Below are positions 29,850 to 39,301 of a DNA stretch of 64,000 nucleotides, one piece after another. Each line of letters begins with the position of its first letter. Within the stretch, counting starts at the first letter, position 1. Location of the stretch: positions 12,943-76,942 of the forward strand of contig DYOH01000005.1 in the NCBI GenBank assembly GCA_020720625.1. The letters are read 5' to 3'. This stretch comes from Acetofilamentum sp. GTDB lineage: Bacteria; Bacteroidota; Bacteroidia; Bacteroidales; DYOH01. Both the position numbers and the translations under genes were made by a program. The notes beneath the pieces were generated by a model, which was given only the letters and a program-made list of their open reading frames with translations, had not been told where the DNA came from and ran no database searches.

Positions 29850-31913
29850 TTAATTTTGAATATTCACATCAAGAATACGCAACTCCACCCTACGGTTTTT
29901 TGCTCTGTTCTCATCGTTATCATTGAGAACAATAGGTTTGCTTTCGCCATATCCGCGTGGAATAAGTCTGGATGAAGGCACCTTTTTTTCGATTAAATAA
30001 TTTACAACACTTTGGGCTCTCTTCTCAGAAAGCCGCTGATTGTAGATATCCGAGCCAACATCGTCGGTATGTGCGGAAATTTCTACTTTTACATTCTCAT
30101 TGTCGAGCAAAAGTTCAACCAATTGGTCGAGCTGAGTAAAAGAACTTATGTCGAGCTCCGCCGAATTTGTTTCAAACTGCACTGCGCTAATGGTTAATTT
30201 TGTTTGTGCATTTAAAGGTTCAAGTTTTACTTCCATTTTTTGTGGTGCTTCATTATTCAAGTCAACTTCGGTATTATAAAATGCATATCCTTTGGGAGCC
30301 TTAACCTTTACATTGTATTTTTTTCCTTTTTTTAGTTTAAGGTCGTATTTTCCTTCTTCGTTTTTGGCGGCATAGACTTTTAATTCTTCACCAGTCTCAA
30401 CATCAACCACATAAATCTGCACCGAATCGAGAACTTCCTGGGTTTCCATATTGGTTACTTCAACTTCCAGAGTTTCGTAGTTTGGCTGCAAATCAACATC
30501 TCTTTCGAAATTACTAAATTGCACAATTTCATCGAGTGAAAAAGGAATTTCAAAAGGATTGTGGTTATCTGCTTCTACCTTAATATTGTATTTTTTACCA
30601 ATCTCGAGGCCAATAATGTAACGCCCCTTTCGCTCGGCATTAATTTTTGCATCTATAGGATTTCCAGAAGATTGTTCGATTACAGAAATTCTGGCATCCA
30701 AAGGGCTAAAATCTTCTGCATCAAAAACATTTAAAAATAAGCTGATGGAGCTAAAAAGCGTAAAATCTTTTTTCCTTAAGCCAAATTTATTCTCAGAGCT
30801 TAAGTCCAAAGATTCAAAACGGTAAGAATAATTCTCTTTATATAGACTTAAATCATATTTTTGCCCGGTTGTTAAAGTAAAAAAAAACTCGCCATTTATT
30901 TCGCTACTAAGATAGGATGCCAGAATTCGCTTGCTTTCTGGATTAGCCACTTCTATTTTGGCTTCAATAGGTTTATTGCTATATAAATCGGTAATATTTC
31001 CTGAAATAGAGACAAGCTTGTCTTGAAAAAATTGCGCAGGAACCGGTGCGTTATTTAAAAAAGAAGGCTCTTTAGATTTTGATTTCTTTGCAACAGAACT
31101 AACAATAAAATACTCCTGGAAAGCAGGAAAACTAAGCGCCCAATCGTTATTAGCGGTACTTAAAGTATCAATTTTAATTGGCAATTTCCATATTTTTTTG
31201 GCAATTTGCTGGGTGTAGTAAACATCAAAACCCAAATCGGCGTTTTCGCGTACCGATGAATAATATAAAGTTTTGTTGTCGGGAGCAATACGAGGCCTGC
31301 TTTCGCAAAAAAGATTGATAGGTTTAGTTAAATCGTAAGGCTCTTCCCATTCACCATTGATATTTTTTTCAGCAACAAAAATTTTGTTGCACTCAAAGTC
31401 CGACGAAAAACTATTAACTTCGGTAATAGGTCTTGTAAAATAAAGTGAATTCTCGTCGGCAGAAATTGATGGTTCCATCTCATCGAGTGCTGTATTTATT
31501 GGACTTCCTATATTCTCAGGTTTAGACCAATCATTTCCGTTCCTAACCAACCTGTAGATATCGAAACCACCTTTCCCAGCAGCAAAATTTGCGGAGATAA
31601 ATAACAACCGACTATCTATACTTAAAGAAAAGCCCTTAATTTGCGCACCTTGCAGAATATGCTGGTTTAACCCTGCCACTGGCGTTGCTGCACCAAAAGT
31701 CTTTTCTTTTGTAAGATTAGCACTATAAAATGCAAAGTTCAGATTTGCGTCTATTGTTAATAAAAAAATAGCTGTTCCATTGGCCAAAACAAAAGATTCG
31801 GTTATTTTTAATCCTTCCGGAATATTTAAAGAAGAAACAGAAACTTGCGATTGGGCTGAAATGCCCATAAGAATGGTTAAGAATATAACCAATAGCTTTT
31901 TTAATTGATTCAT
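29850..31913 (-). CDS. OmpA-family protein with TolB-like beta-propeller and CarboxypepD_reg-like repeats
   Basis: The C-terminal OmpA_C motif is VEISAHTDDVGSDIYNQRLSEKRAQSVVNYL...NRRVELRIL. The middle has beta-sandwich repeats. The N-terminus has PD40-like segments (DEMEPSISADENSLYFT). I prefer the ATG at 31913 (MNQLKKLLVIFLTILMGISAQSQ signal peptide) over the track start at 31973. Confidence 0.85.
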   Translation of the reverse strand: MNQLKKLLVIFLTILMGISAQSQVSVSSLNIPEGLKITESFVLANGTAIFLLTIDANLNFAFYSANLTKEKTFGAATPVAGLNQHILQGAQIKGFSLSIDSRLLFISANFAAGKGGFDIYRLVRNGNDWSKPENIGSPINTALDEMEPSISADENSLYFTRPITEVNSFSSDFECNKIFVAEKNINGEWEEPYDLTKPINLFCESRPRIAPDNKTLYYSSVRENADLGFDVYYTQQIAKKIWKLPIKIDTLSTANNDWALSFPAFQEYFIVSSVAKKSKSKEPSFLNNAPVPAQFFQDKLVSISGNITDLYSNKPIEAKIEVANPESKRILASYLSSEINGEFFFTLTTGQKYDLSLYKENYSYRFESLDLSSENKFGLRKKDFTLFSSISLFLNVFDAEDFSPLDARISVIEQSSGNPIDAKINAERKGRYIIGLEIGKKYNIKVEADNHNPFEIPFSLDEIVQFSNFERDVDLQPNYETLEVEVTNMETQEVLDSVQIYVVDVETGEELKVYAAKNEEGKYDLKLKKGKKYNVKVKAPKGYAFYNTEVDLNNEAPQKMEVKLEPLNAQTKLTISAVQFETNSAELDISSFTQLDQLVELLLDNENVKVEISAHTDDVGSDIYNQRLSEKRAQSVVNYLIEKKVPSSRLIPRGYGESKPIVLNDNDENRAKNRRVELRILDVNIQN

Positions 31914-32028
31914 AGTAAAACAATTCATAAATATTTGCAAAAGTAATTGATATGTAATAAACAAAAAAAACATTAACCAATTATTTTTTTTATTTTTGTA
32001 TTATGATTGTTGAGCAAAATAAATAGAT

Positions 32029-34224
32029 ATGGCCAAAAAGCAAATTAAACCTATAAAAAAAAGTAGTTCTATCGAACATAGCAAAATTAATACTGCCTCT
32101 AGGATACCTCCAAAACAAAATCCGATTATAACAAAGAACGGCTTTCCAACCTACAACATAAAAAATAGCCTTCTGGCGATACTTATTATATTATCAATCT
32201 CATTTGCAGCATATTTCCCGTCTCTAAACAACGATTTTACTAATTGGGACGATACAAGTTATGCTTCGGAATACTATCAACACGAAAAAGAAGGATGGGA
32301 TGGTATTAAAGACGAATTTACGCATTTTTGGATGGGAAACTATCACCCTTTGGCCATGCTCTCACTAAAAATTGATTTTAATCTATCGGAAAAAAGGAAA
32401 CCAACTAACCCCGATAATAAAAGAGATTACGAACCAAAACCGTTCCTCTTTATTTTGCATAATCTCATTCTTCACCTATTCAATACCGTTTTCGTTTTTA
32501 TATTTACACTCTTATTAATCAGGTTATACGAGCAAAAATACCGAAACCAAAAACCGCCGTATTTTTTCATCATGGCCATTATTACCGGCTTACTTTTTGG
32601 TGTTCATGCCATTCATGTAGAGTCGGTTGCGTGGGTTTCGGAGCGGAAAGATGTTCTTTATACCTTTTTCTTCCTTCTTTCGGCCATTTTCTATGTAAAA
32701 TATCTCGGGAATAAAAATTTCACTTTTTTAATCTTATCTATTCTGAGTTTTATTTTTTCATTGTTGAGCAAAGGGCAAGCAGTTTCTTTGAGCATTACCA
32801 TCATTGCCATTGATATTTTTCTGGGAAGAAACTGGAAAAACTATAAGATATGGCTGGAAAAAGTGCCCTTTTTGTTGCTTTCGCTCTTATTTGGAATCAT
32901 TGCCATCTGGGCTCAAAAAGCGGGTTCAGCGATTCATGATATTGCAGATTATTTCTTCCACGAACGCATTATTTGGGCTTCTTATGGATTAACACAATAC
33001 ATTTTAAAACTAAGTATTCCATTTGATTTAACGCCCTTGTATCCGTATCCTTACAAATCCGGGCATTTGCCTCTGGTTTATTTTTTATATATCATTCCGG
33101 CAATAGTATTTTTATACACCTTTTATCTGGCAATCAAAAAAAATAGGCTAATAGCCTTCTCTATAGCGTTTTATCTGATAAACATATTCTTATTACTACA
33201 ATTATTACCGGTTGGGAGTGCGGTAATGGCCGATAGATATGCGTATATCCCTAGTATTGGTTACTTCATTTTTATTTCGGCGCTTGTTCCGCTGGCAATA
33301 GAAAAAAAATATATTAAAATTCCGCTGGCCATAATAATTGCATTGATGGTTGGATATAATAGCTTTTTTACATACAAACAAACCGATGTATGGCAAAATA
33401 GCCTTTCACTATGGAATCATACAATAGAATTAGAACCCAAGGCTGTAGTAGCCTGGAATAACAGGGGGTCTACCAAAGAAAAGTTTAAGCTTCACGCTGA
33501 TGCAATAAAAGATTTTGACGAAGCAATTTCGCTCAAACCAGATTATGCACATGCTTATTACAACAGAGGAACTGCACGAAAAAATCTGGGTGATATGACA
33601 TTAAACCCCGACCAGAAAATGAAGATTTTTCGCGATGCTTTAGATGATTACAACAAAGCCATTATTCTGATTCCGGATTTTGACAAAGCTTTTCATAACC
33701 GTGGTATAATTTACGATAATTTAGGACAATTTGATTTAGCAATGAAAGATTTTGAAAAAGCATTGGAAATAGCACCCAATAATTTTGAGATTTTTATAAA
33801 CAGAGGGGTTGTGTATGGCAAAATGAATTTACTTGATAAAGCCATTGATGATTTTAATCGTGCAATTAAACTAAACCCAAGAAATTCATCGGCATACTCA
33901 AACAGAGGTTTGGCCAATAACATTGCCGGAAATACTGAAGCTGCATTGGCCGATTATAATAAGGCCATTGAGCTGGAACCTGGCTTTGCCACTGCCTATT
34001 CTAACCGTGGACTGATATACAAAAACAACAAAAACTACGAAAAGGCCGTTGATGATTTTACCAAATCGATTGAGCGAAATCCCAACTTTGCCGATGCATA
34101 TTTTCATCGAGCAGCTGCTTATGTGGCTATGAATAATTTTTCTGCTGCATGCAAGGATTTTAAAACAGCGCAAAAACTGGGTTACCAAGACGCTGCACTA
34201 ATGATAGAAAAATATTGCAAATAA
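32029..34224 (+). CDS. Polytopic membrane GT-C-like (TMTC/DUF1736-like) protein with C-terminal TPR array
   Basis: About 10 predicted TM helices, with an early-loop acidic motif LNNDFTNWDDTSY. About 8 canonical TPRs follow (AWNNRGS..., AYYNRGTA..., AFHNRGII..., AYSNRGLA...). Confidence 0.8.
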   Translation: MAKKQIKPIKKSSSIEHSKINTASRIPPKQNPIITKNGFPTYNIKNSLLAILIILSISFAAYFPSLNNDFTNWDDTSYASEYYQHEKEGWDGIKDEFTHFWMGNYHPLAMLSLKIDFNLSEKRKPTNPDNKRDYEPKPFLFILHNLILHLFNTVFVFIFTLLLIRLYEQKYRNQKPPYFFIMAIITGLLFGVHAIHVESVAWVSERKDVLYTFFFLLSAIFYVKYLGNKNFTFLILSILSFIFSLLSKGQAVSLSITIIAIDIFLGRNWKNYKIWLEKVPFLLLSLLFGIIAIWAQKAGSAIHDIADYFFHERIIWASYGLTQYILKLSIPFDLTPLYPYPYKSGHLPLVYFLYIIPAIVFLYTFYLAIKKNRLIAFSIAFYLINIFLLLQLLPVGSAVMADRYAYIPSIGYFIFISALVPLAIEKKYIKIPLAIIIALMVGYNSFFTYKQTDVWQNSLSLWNHTIELEPKAVVAWNNRGSTKEKFKLHADAIKDFDEAISLKPDYAHAYYNRGTARKNLGDMTLNPDQKMKIFRDALDDYNKAIILIPDFDKAFHNRGIIYDNLGQFDLAMKDFEKALEIAPNNFEIFINRGVVYGKMNLLDKAIDDFNRAIKLNPRNSSAYSNRGLANNIAGNTEAALADYNKAIELEPGFATAYSNRGLIYKNNKNYEKAVDDFTKSIERNPNFADAYFHRAAAYVAMNNFSAACKDFKTAQKLGYQDAALMIEKYCK

Positions 34225-34355
34225 TAATTGCATGCTTTGTCAAAAGTATTTATCAATATGGCTTTTTAGGCAATTTGCTTACATACTTTATTCAATTTTT
34301 TTTGTTGATTTTCGCCATGTAAATATTTCATGATAATCAAAACAGGTGCAAAAAA

Positions 34356-35384
34356 TTATCTGCTTAGTTCTCCTGCGATAGAAATCTGCATAAACTGTTT
34401 AATCTCTTCAATTTTTAAGTTTTGTGCCAATAAAAACATCAATTTGGTAATGGCTGCCTCTGTGGTCATATCGTAACCGCTAATAATACCTGCACGATGA
34501 AGCCCCTGGCTGGTTTCATAGCGCCCCATTTCCACAGCACCAGCGCTGCACTGCGTAATATTTACAATAATTTTCCCGTTATCTACGGCAGATTTAAGCT
34601 CCTGAATAAACCAATCGTTTAGCAAAGCATTTCCAGAACCAAAGGTTTCCAACACATAAGCTTTAATCTCCTGAGCAGAAAGCACTGCTTTTAAAAAATC
34701 ATGTCTGATACCGGGAAACAGTTTTATAATGGCAACGCGATTATCTACCAGTTTATGAAATTTAGGAATTCGCGAGTATGTTGAATAATGAATATTATTT
34801 TTTTGATAATTAATATGTATTCCTGCTTCGGCAAGCGGAGGAAAATTGGCAGATTCAAAGGCTTCAAAATATTCAGCATTTCTTTTTCTGGTACGGTTTC
34901 CTCTAAATAGTTTATCATCGAAAAAAATAGTTACCTCAGGAACCAGCGATTTTCCATTTTCGTGCGCAGCAGCAATTTCTATTGATGAAACAAGATTTTC
35001 CATGCCATCTGTGCGCAATTGGCCAATGGGGAGTTGGGAGCCTGTAAGCACAACTGGTTTGTTTAAGTCTTCGAGCATATAACTTAATGCTGAAGCAGTA
35101 TAGGCCATTGTGTCTGTGCCATGAAGCACTACAAAACCGTGATATAGCTCGTGATTATTGGCAAAAATTTCAACCAGTTCGCTCCAAAATGTATGATCGA
35201 TAGACGCACTATCTACCGGATTTTTAAAGGAAAATACTTCCAACTCCACATTTAACTGCTTTACAGATGGAAGAACTTTTGTTATCTGACTAAAATCGAA
35301 AGGCTTAAGCATGCCGGTTTCTTCGTCTTGCAACATTCCGATGGTTCCACCGGTATAAATCAATAATATTTTTCTTTTACTCAT
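34356..35384 (-). CDS. ansA: L-asparaginase, type I (cytoplasmic)
   Basis: ILLIYTGGTIGM and HGTDTMAYTA signatures. I prefer the ATG at 35384 (MSKRKILLIY), giving an 8-nt overlap with the TatD stop. Confidence 0.88.
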   Translation of the reverse strand: MSKRKILLIYTGGTIGMLQDEETGMLKPFDFSQITKVLPSVKQLNVELEVFSFKNPVDSASIDHTFWSELVEIFANNHELYHGFVVLHGTDTMAYTASALSYMLEDLNKPVVLTGSQLPIGQLRTDGMENLVSSIEIAAAHENGKSLVPEVTIFFDDKLFRGNRTRKRNAEYFEAFESANFPPLAEAGIHINYQKNNIHYSTYSRIPKFHKLVDNRVAIIKLFPGIRHDFLKAVLSAQEIKAYVLETFGSGNALLNDWFIQELKSAVDNGKIIVNITQCSAGAVEMGRYETSQGLHRAGIISGYDMTTEAAITKLMFLLAQNLKIEEIKQFMQISIAGELSR

Positions 35385-36165
35385 TTTGTAAAAATTTATG
35401 CAAAGAAAACAATTCAAAAGCATTTAGGCTTGTTAATTGAGCCACTTCGGCCAAAGATAATTGTTTTACCTCGGCAAGTTTTTGGGCAACAAAAGGAAGA
35501 AAGGCACTTTCATTTCTTTGTCCACGTTTGGGAGTAGGTGCCAGATATGGCGAATCTGTTTCTAATATCAACCTGCTGATATCTATTTTTTTGATAATTT
35601 CTGAAAGTGCAGAGTTTTTAAAAGTAAAAATTCCACCAATACCAAGATAAAATCCCATTTCTACTATTTTTTGAGCATCATTTGCAGTGCCAGTAAAACT
35701 GTGAAACACTCCTTTTAAGTTTGTTTTCCACTCTTTTTCAAGAATTTCGAAAATTTCGCTATAAGAATCGCGGGCGTGTATTACAATTGGTAAATTTAAT
35801 TCCAAAGCCCAATTAATCTGCCTGATAAAAGCTTCCTGCTGGAAGGAAAAAAAAGTTTTATCCCAATATAAATCAATACCAATCTCTCCTACCGCTACAA
35901 ATTTATTAGAGAATAATTCTTTCTCAACAAAATTAAGCTCATCCAAGTAGTTTTCTTTCACAGAGCCAGGGTGAAGCCCCATCATGGGCAAACAGTTTTT
36001 TGGAAAAGAAAGGTTTAGTTCTTTGAGCGCAGAATAAGATTCGGCATCAATATTAGGCAAAAGCATATATTTTACACCGCTTTCGATGGCACGGTTTACA
36101 ACACTGCTTCTGTCAGCATTAAATTGTTCTAAATATAAGTGAGAATGTGTATCTACGAAAAGCAT
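35377..36165 (-). CDS. TatD-family metal-dependent hydrolase/DNase
   Basis: MLFVDTHSHL start, PIVIHARD, and ETDSPYL motifs. Confidence 0.9.
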   Translation of the reverse strand: MLFVDTHSHLYLEQFNADRSSVVNRAIESGVKYMLLPNIDAESYSALKELNLSFPKNCLPMMGLHPGSVKENYLDELNFVEKELFSNKFVAVGEIGIDLYWDKTFFSFQQEAFIRQINWALELNLPIVIHARDSYSEIFEILEKEWKTNLKGVFHSFTGTANDAQKIVEMGFYLGIGGIFTFKNSALSEIIKKIDISRLILETDSPYLAPTPKRGQRNESAFLPFVAQKLAEVKQLSLAEVAQLTSLNAFELFSLHKFLQNE

Positions 36166-36202
36166 ATATATTAAATTATAGGCAAATTTAAGTAAATAAG
36201 TT

Positions 36203-36234
36203 TAAAAAAAAGAGCTTTCCTTGCGGAAAGCTCT
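36203..36234 (-). terminator. Intrinsic terminator after the rhodanese gene
   Basis: AGAGCTTTCC (36211-36220), loop ttgc, GGAAAGCTCT (36225-36234). An 8-A run on the plus strand gives a T-run on the minus-strand transcript. Confidence 0.75.
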
Positions 36235-36259
36235 CTGAGCATCTATTTACAATTCTTAT

Positions 36260-37312
36260 TTAGCATCCACCAGATTGCTGAGCAGTTTCAGTAGTTTCAA
36301 CATACTCCGATTGAATAATTTTAAAGTTATTGATTTGTTTTTTGTTCCAATCGTGTCCAATTTCTTCATCCTGACCCATAACTGTATTCATAAAGCTAGC
36401 AGCACCGTAAGAGAGAGATTTGGCATCGTAACCTAAAATATTGAGGTAAGCAGCAACAAAAGCAGCAGTTTGTCCGCTAAAGCAATATACCAATACAGGT
36501 TTGTCAGTAGGTAAAGTATTTAAATCGGCAGTGCGTGCAAAAGCTTGTTTTGGGGTATATTGCACAGATCCGGGTAAATGGCCTTTGATATATAAATTTG
36601 CTGGCCAATAATTTACAATATAGAAAGCGGCAGGGTCTTCCATTAATTTGTCAACTTTAACGCTAACACCTTTAAAACCAGCAGCTAAAACTTCTCTGGC
36701 TCTGGCTTCTAAAATTTCTGCGCCATCGGTTTTACCTGTTTTAATAACAGGATATTTACCAGCAGCATTTTTAGGATTAGCATTAGTTTCTAGTACAGAA
36801 GCATATTTATTGCTGCTATTATCATTCCAGTTACTGGCCGTTTTTGGATTCCAGGCACTCATACCACGTTTCATGGCAACAACGTTATCGTAACCTAAAA
36901 GTCGCAAAACAGCAGTACCGTAGCTAGCCGTTTGACCACTATAGCAAACCATCACAACTTTTTCGAAATCGGTGAAAGCATTTTCGTAGGCAAAATCTAC
37001 TAATTCTTCGAGTTTGGCATTTACTGCACCTTCGATGTGTCCGGCAGCAAAATCTTTAGCTGTGCGAATATCCACAATAAGTATGTTTCCACCTAAAAGC
37101 TCTTTTACTTTTGTGGCATCAATTAAATTAGGCACATCAGCAGAATTAATATAATCGCCATTAGCTTCAACGTGTTTCAATAATAAATCGAATTCGTCTA
37201 CTGCAGCAGTTTGAGCGGTTTGTTCATCTGTTTTTGATTCTTTATTACAAGCCGCGAAGGTAAAAATGGCTACAATTGCCATCAGAGATAAATAATTTGC
37301 TAATTTTTTCAT
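36260..37312 (-). CDS. Tandem rhodanese-domain lipoprotein (sulfurtransferase-like)
   Basis: Lipobox ..FTFAAC. Two rhodanese active-site loops: CYSGQTASYG and CFSGQTAAF. The start is taken at MKKLANYL (37312); the track start is 37324. Confidence 0.82.
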   Translation of the reverse strand: MKKLANYLSLMAIVAIFTFAACNKESKTDEQTAQTAAVDEFDLLLKHVEANGDYINSADVPNLIDATKVKELLGGNILIVDIRTAKDFAAGHIEGAVNAKLEELVDFAYENAFTDFEKVVMVCYSGQTASYGTAVLRLLGYDNVVAMKRGMSAWNPKTASNWNDNSSNKYASVLETNANPKNAAGKYPVIKTGKTDGAEILEARAREVLAAGFKGVSVKVDKLMEDPAAFYIVNYWPANLYIKGHLPGSVQYTPKQAFARTADLNTLPTDKPVLVYCFSGQTAAFVAAYLNILGYDAKSLSYGAASFMNTVMGQDEEIGHDWNKKQINNFKIIQSEYVETTETAQQSGGC

Positions 37313-37452
37313 TTTTACAATCATTTTTATTTACAAAGTACAAATTTGAAAAAATACCATATATTGAGTTATGACAAAAATCATATTCATGAATATCTAT
37401 AAAAATACATAAATCTCAATACACATAAACACGTGATTTCATATTATTTAAA

Positions 37453-39282
37453 TCAAATATTATGCTCTATAATATTCATTTTTTGCATTAAAAAAGTTGC
37501 ATTGAGATTTTTACTCACTCCATTTCTAAGTTTGTAATCAAAATACAACTCATTTTCCCTTATTTCAGCTTCAAAACAAATATTTTTCAATTTTTCGGAG
37601 AAAATATGTTCTAAACTGCCTAAAGCCACATCGTGTGTTGCGAGCATGCAAAAATTATTTGTTGTTGTAAGCCTTTTTAGCAAACCTTCGGAGCCTTTAT
37701 GCTTGTCGCCCGAATTGGTTCCTCTTAACATTTCGTCGATAATTATTAATACCGGAGGCTCTTTTAAAGCTTCTTCAACAATGTATTTTAACCTTTTTAG
37801 TTCGGCATAAAAGTATGATTCGTTTTCGGTGAGCGAATCGGAAATGCGGATGCTTGTGATTAGTCGGATTGGTTTAAAAATAAATTCCGATGCAAAAACT
37901 ACTGCACCAATTTGTGCAAGTATTAAATTAGTGCCAAAAGTTCGCAAAAAAGTACTTTTACCAGCCATGTTTGCACCCGTTATAATAAATGTGCGCAAAT
38001 TTTCGGTGATAATAAAATCGTTTGTAATGCATTTTTCCTGAGGTATTGCCATGTGTCCAAGATTTTGAGCGTAAAAGGAGTAATTTGGACTAAATTGAGG
38101 TATACAATATTCAGGATGATTAAAACTGAACGCAGCGATTGAGTTCAGATATTCAAATTCGGCGATAACATCAATCCATTGCGTTAAATTTTCACCATAA
38201 ATTTGGTTCCAGTGCTCCACTTTTCGCACTAAATGAATATCCCACAAAAGTATGGCATTGCTCAGTATGGCAAATAAAAAATTTAGCCTGTTGTCGAGCA
38301 TTTTCAAATAGGATGCATATTGTTTTAAGGCTGTTGATGCTTTGGTTTGGTGTGTAATTAATCTATTTTGTAATTCTTTTATGTATTCAGATTCAAAATC
38401 TGTCTCTTCTATGTGTTGAATAATCAAGGCATATTTTTGCATCGTTTTGTGCAAACTTTCGGTTTGTTTGTGCACAAAATTGATATATTTTAATTGTGTT
38501 GATATGATGCCCAAAATCAATAATGTATAATAGAAATAGCCAATAGATGGAATACTTCCGAAAAGAGATAAAATCAAAAGCAAAATAGAGGCTATAGACA
38601 AAGTATATGCGCTAATTTTCCAATACAAAGTACCGAATTTTCCGTTTTTAGCTGTATTTTTTTCAGCGTGAAAAAAATTTCCGCTAAATGAGCTATAATC
38701 TGTAGTGATATCTTCCTTTCTTAAGGCCAAAACGCCAAATTTTTCTCTCCATTTGCCAAGCTTAGATAATTCACTTGCGGCATTTTGCCTAAGAACAATT
38801 TCGGCTTGATCTACAAAAATATTTTTTAAATAATGTGCAAGTTTTTGTTTTCCGGGCTTTGTAAAACATCTGATTAAAATTTGGTACAAACTTTTCTCAC
38901 CAAAAACATCCATATCATAAGCATAATCGTGTTCCGTTTGAATATATTCCTGTCCCTTGTCATAAGCATCAAAATTGTTGTTCAATGCGCTTAATTCATT
39001 ACTGTTCAATTTCTTAGCATTCTGTAAGTCGAACAAAATTCTCGACAAGTATTCATTTTTTTGAATCAGAAACAAAAAAGCGCCTAAAAAAAACAGGGAA
39101 AGACCAATGGCCCAATAACTACCCGATGATTTAAAAATGAGCCAAGCAGAAAAGGCAAAAATAAAAAATACAATTCCTCTTAACCACGCCAGATAAAACA
39201 ATTTTTGTTTTAGTGAACTAAGTTCATAATCAATTTCGAGTAAACGGGCCTGATAAAATTCACGGGGATTATTATGCAACAT
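37453..39282 (-). CDS. Membrane-anchored MutS-related ATPase (MutS domain V only)
   Basis: Walker A ITGANMAGKSTFLRT, Walker B LIIIDEMLRGTNSGD, and HD motif LATHD. N-terminal and central hydrophobic helices are present (IVFFIFAFSAWLIF, WAIGLSLFFLGAFLFLI, SIASILLLILSLFG...). There is no mismatch-binding domain. I prefer the ATG at 39282, which avoids overlap with the MscS gene. Confidence 0.82.
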   Translation of the reverse strand: MLHNNPREFYQARLLEIDYELSSLKQKLFYLAWLRGIVFFIFAFSAWLIFKSSGSYWAIGLSLFFLGAFLFLIQKNEYLSRILFDLQNAKKLNSNELSALNNNFDAYDKGQEYIQTEHDYAYDMDVFGEKSLYQILIRCFTKPGKQKLAHYLKNIFVDQAEIVLRQNAASELSKLGKWREKFGVLALRKEDITTDYSSFSGNFFHAEKNTAKNGKFGTLYWKISAYTLSIASILLLILSLFGSIPSIGYFYYTLLILGIISTQLKYINFVHKQTESLHKTMQKYALIIQHIEETDFESEYIKELQNRLITHQTKASTALKQYASYLKMLDNRLNFLFAILSNAILLWDIHLVRKVEHWNQIYGENLTQWIDVIAEFEYLNSIAAFSFNHPEYCIPQFSPNYSFYAQNLGHMAIPQEKCITNDFIITENLRTFIITGANMAGKSTFLRTFGTNLILAQIGAVVFASEFIFKPIRLITSIRISDSLTENESYFYAELKRLKYIVEEALKEPPVLIIIDEMLRGTNSGDKHKGSEGLLKRLTTTNNFCMLATHDVALGSLEHIFSEKLKNICFEAEIRENELYFDYKLRNGVSKNLNATFLMQKMNIIEHNI

Positions 39283-39301
39283 AAATGAGTAAAAATAAAG
39301 A

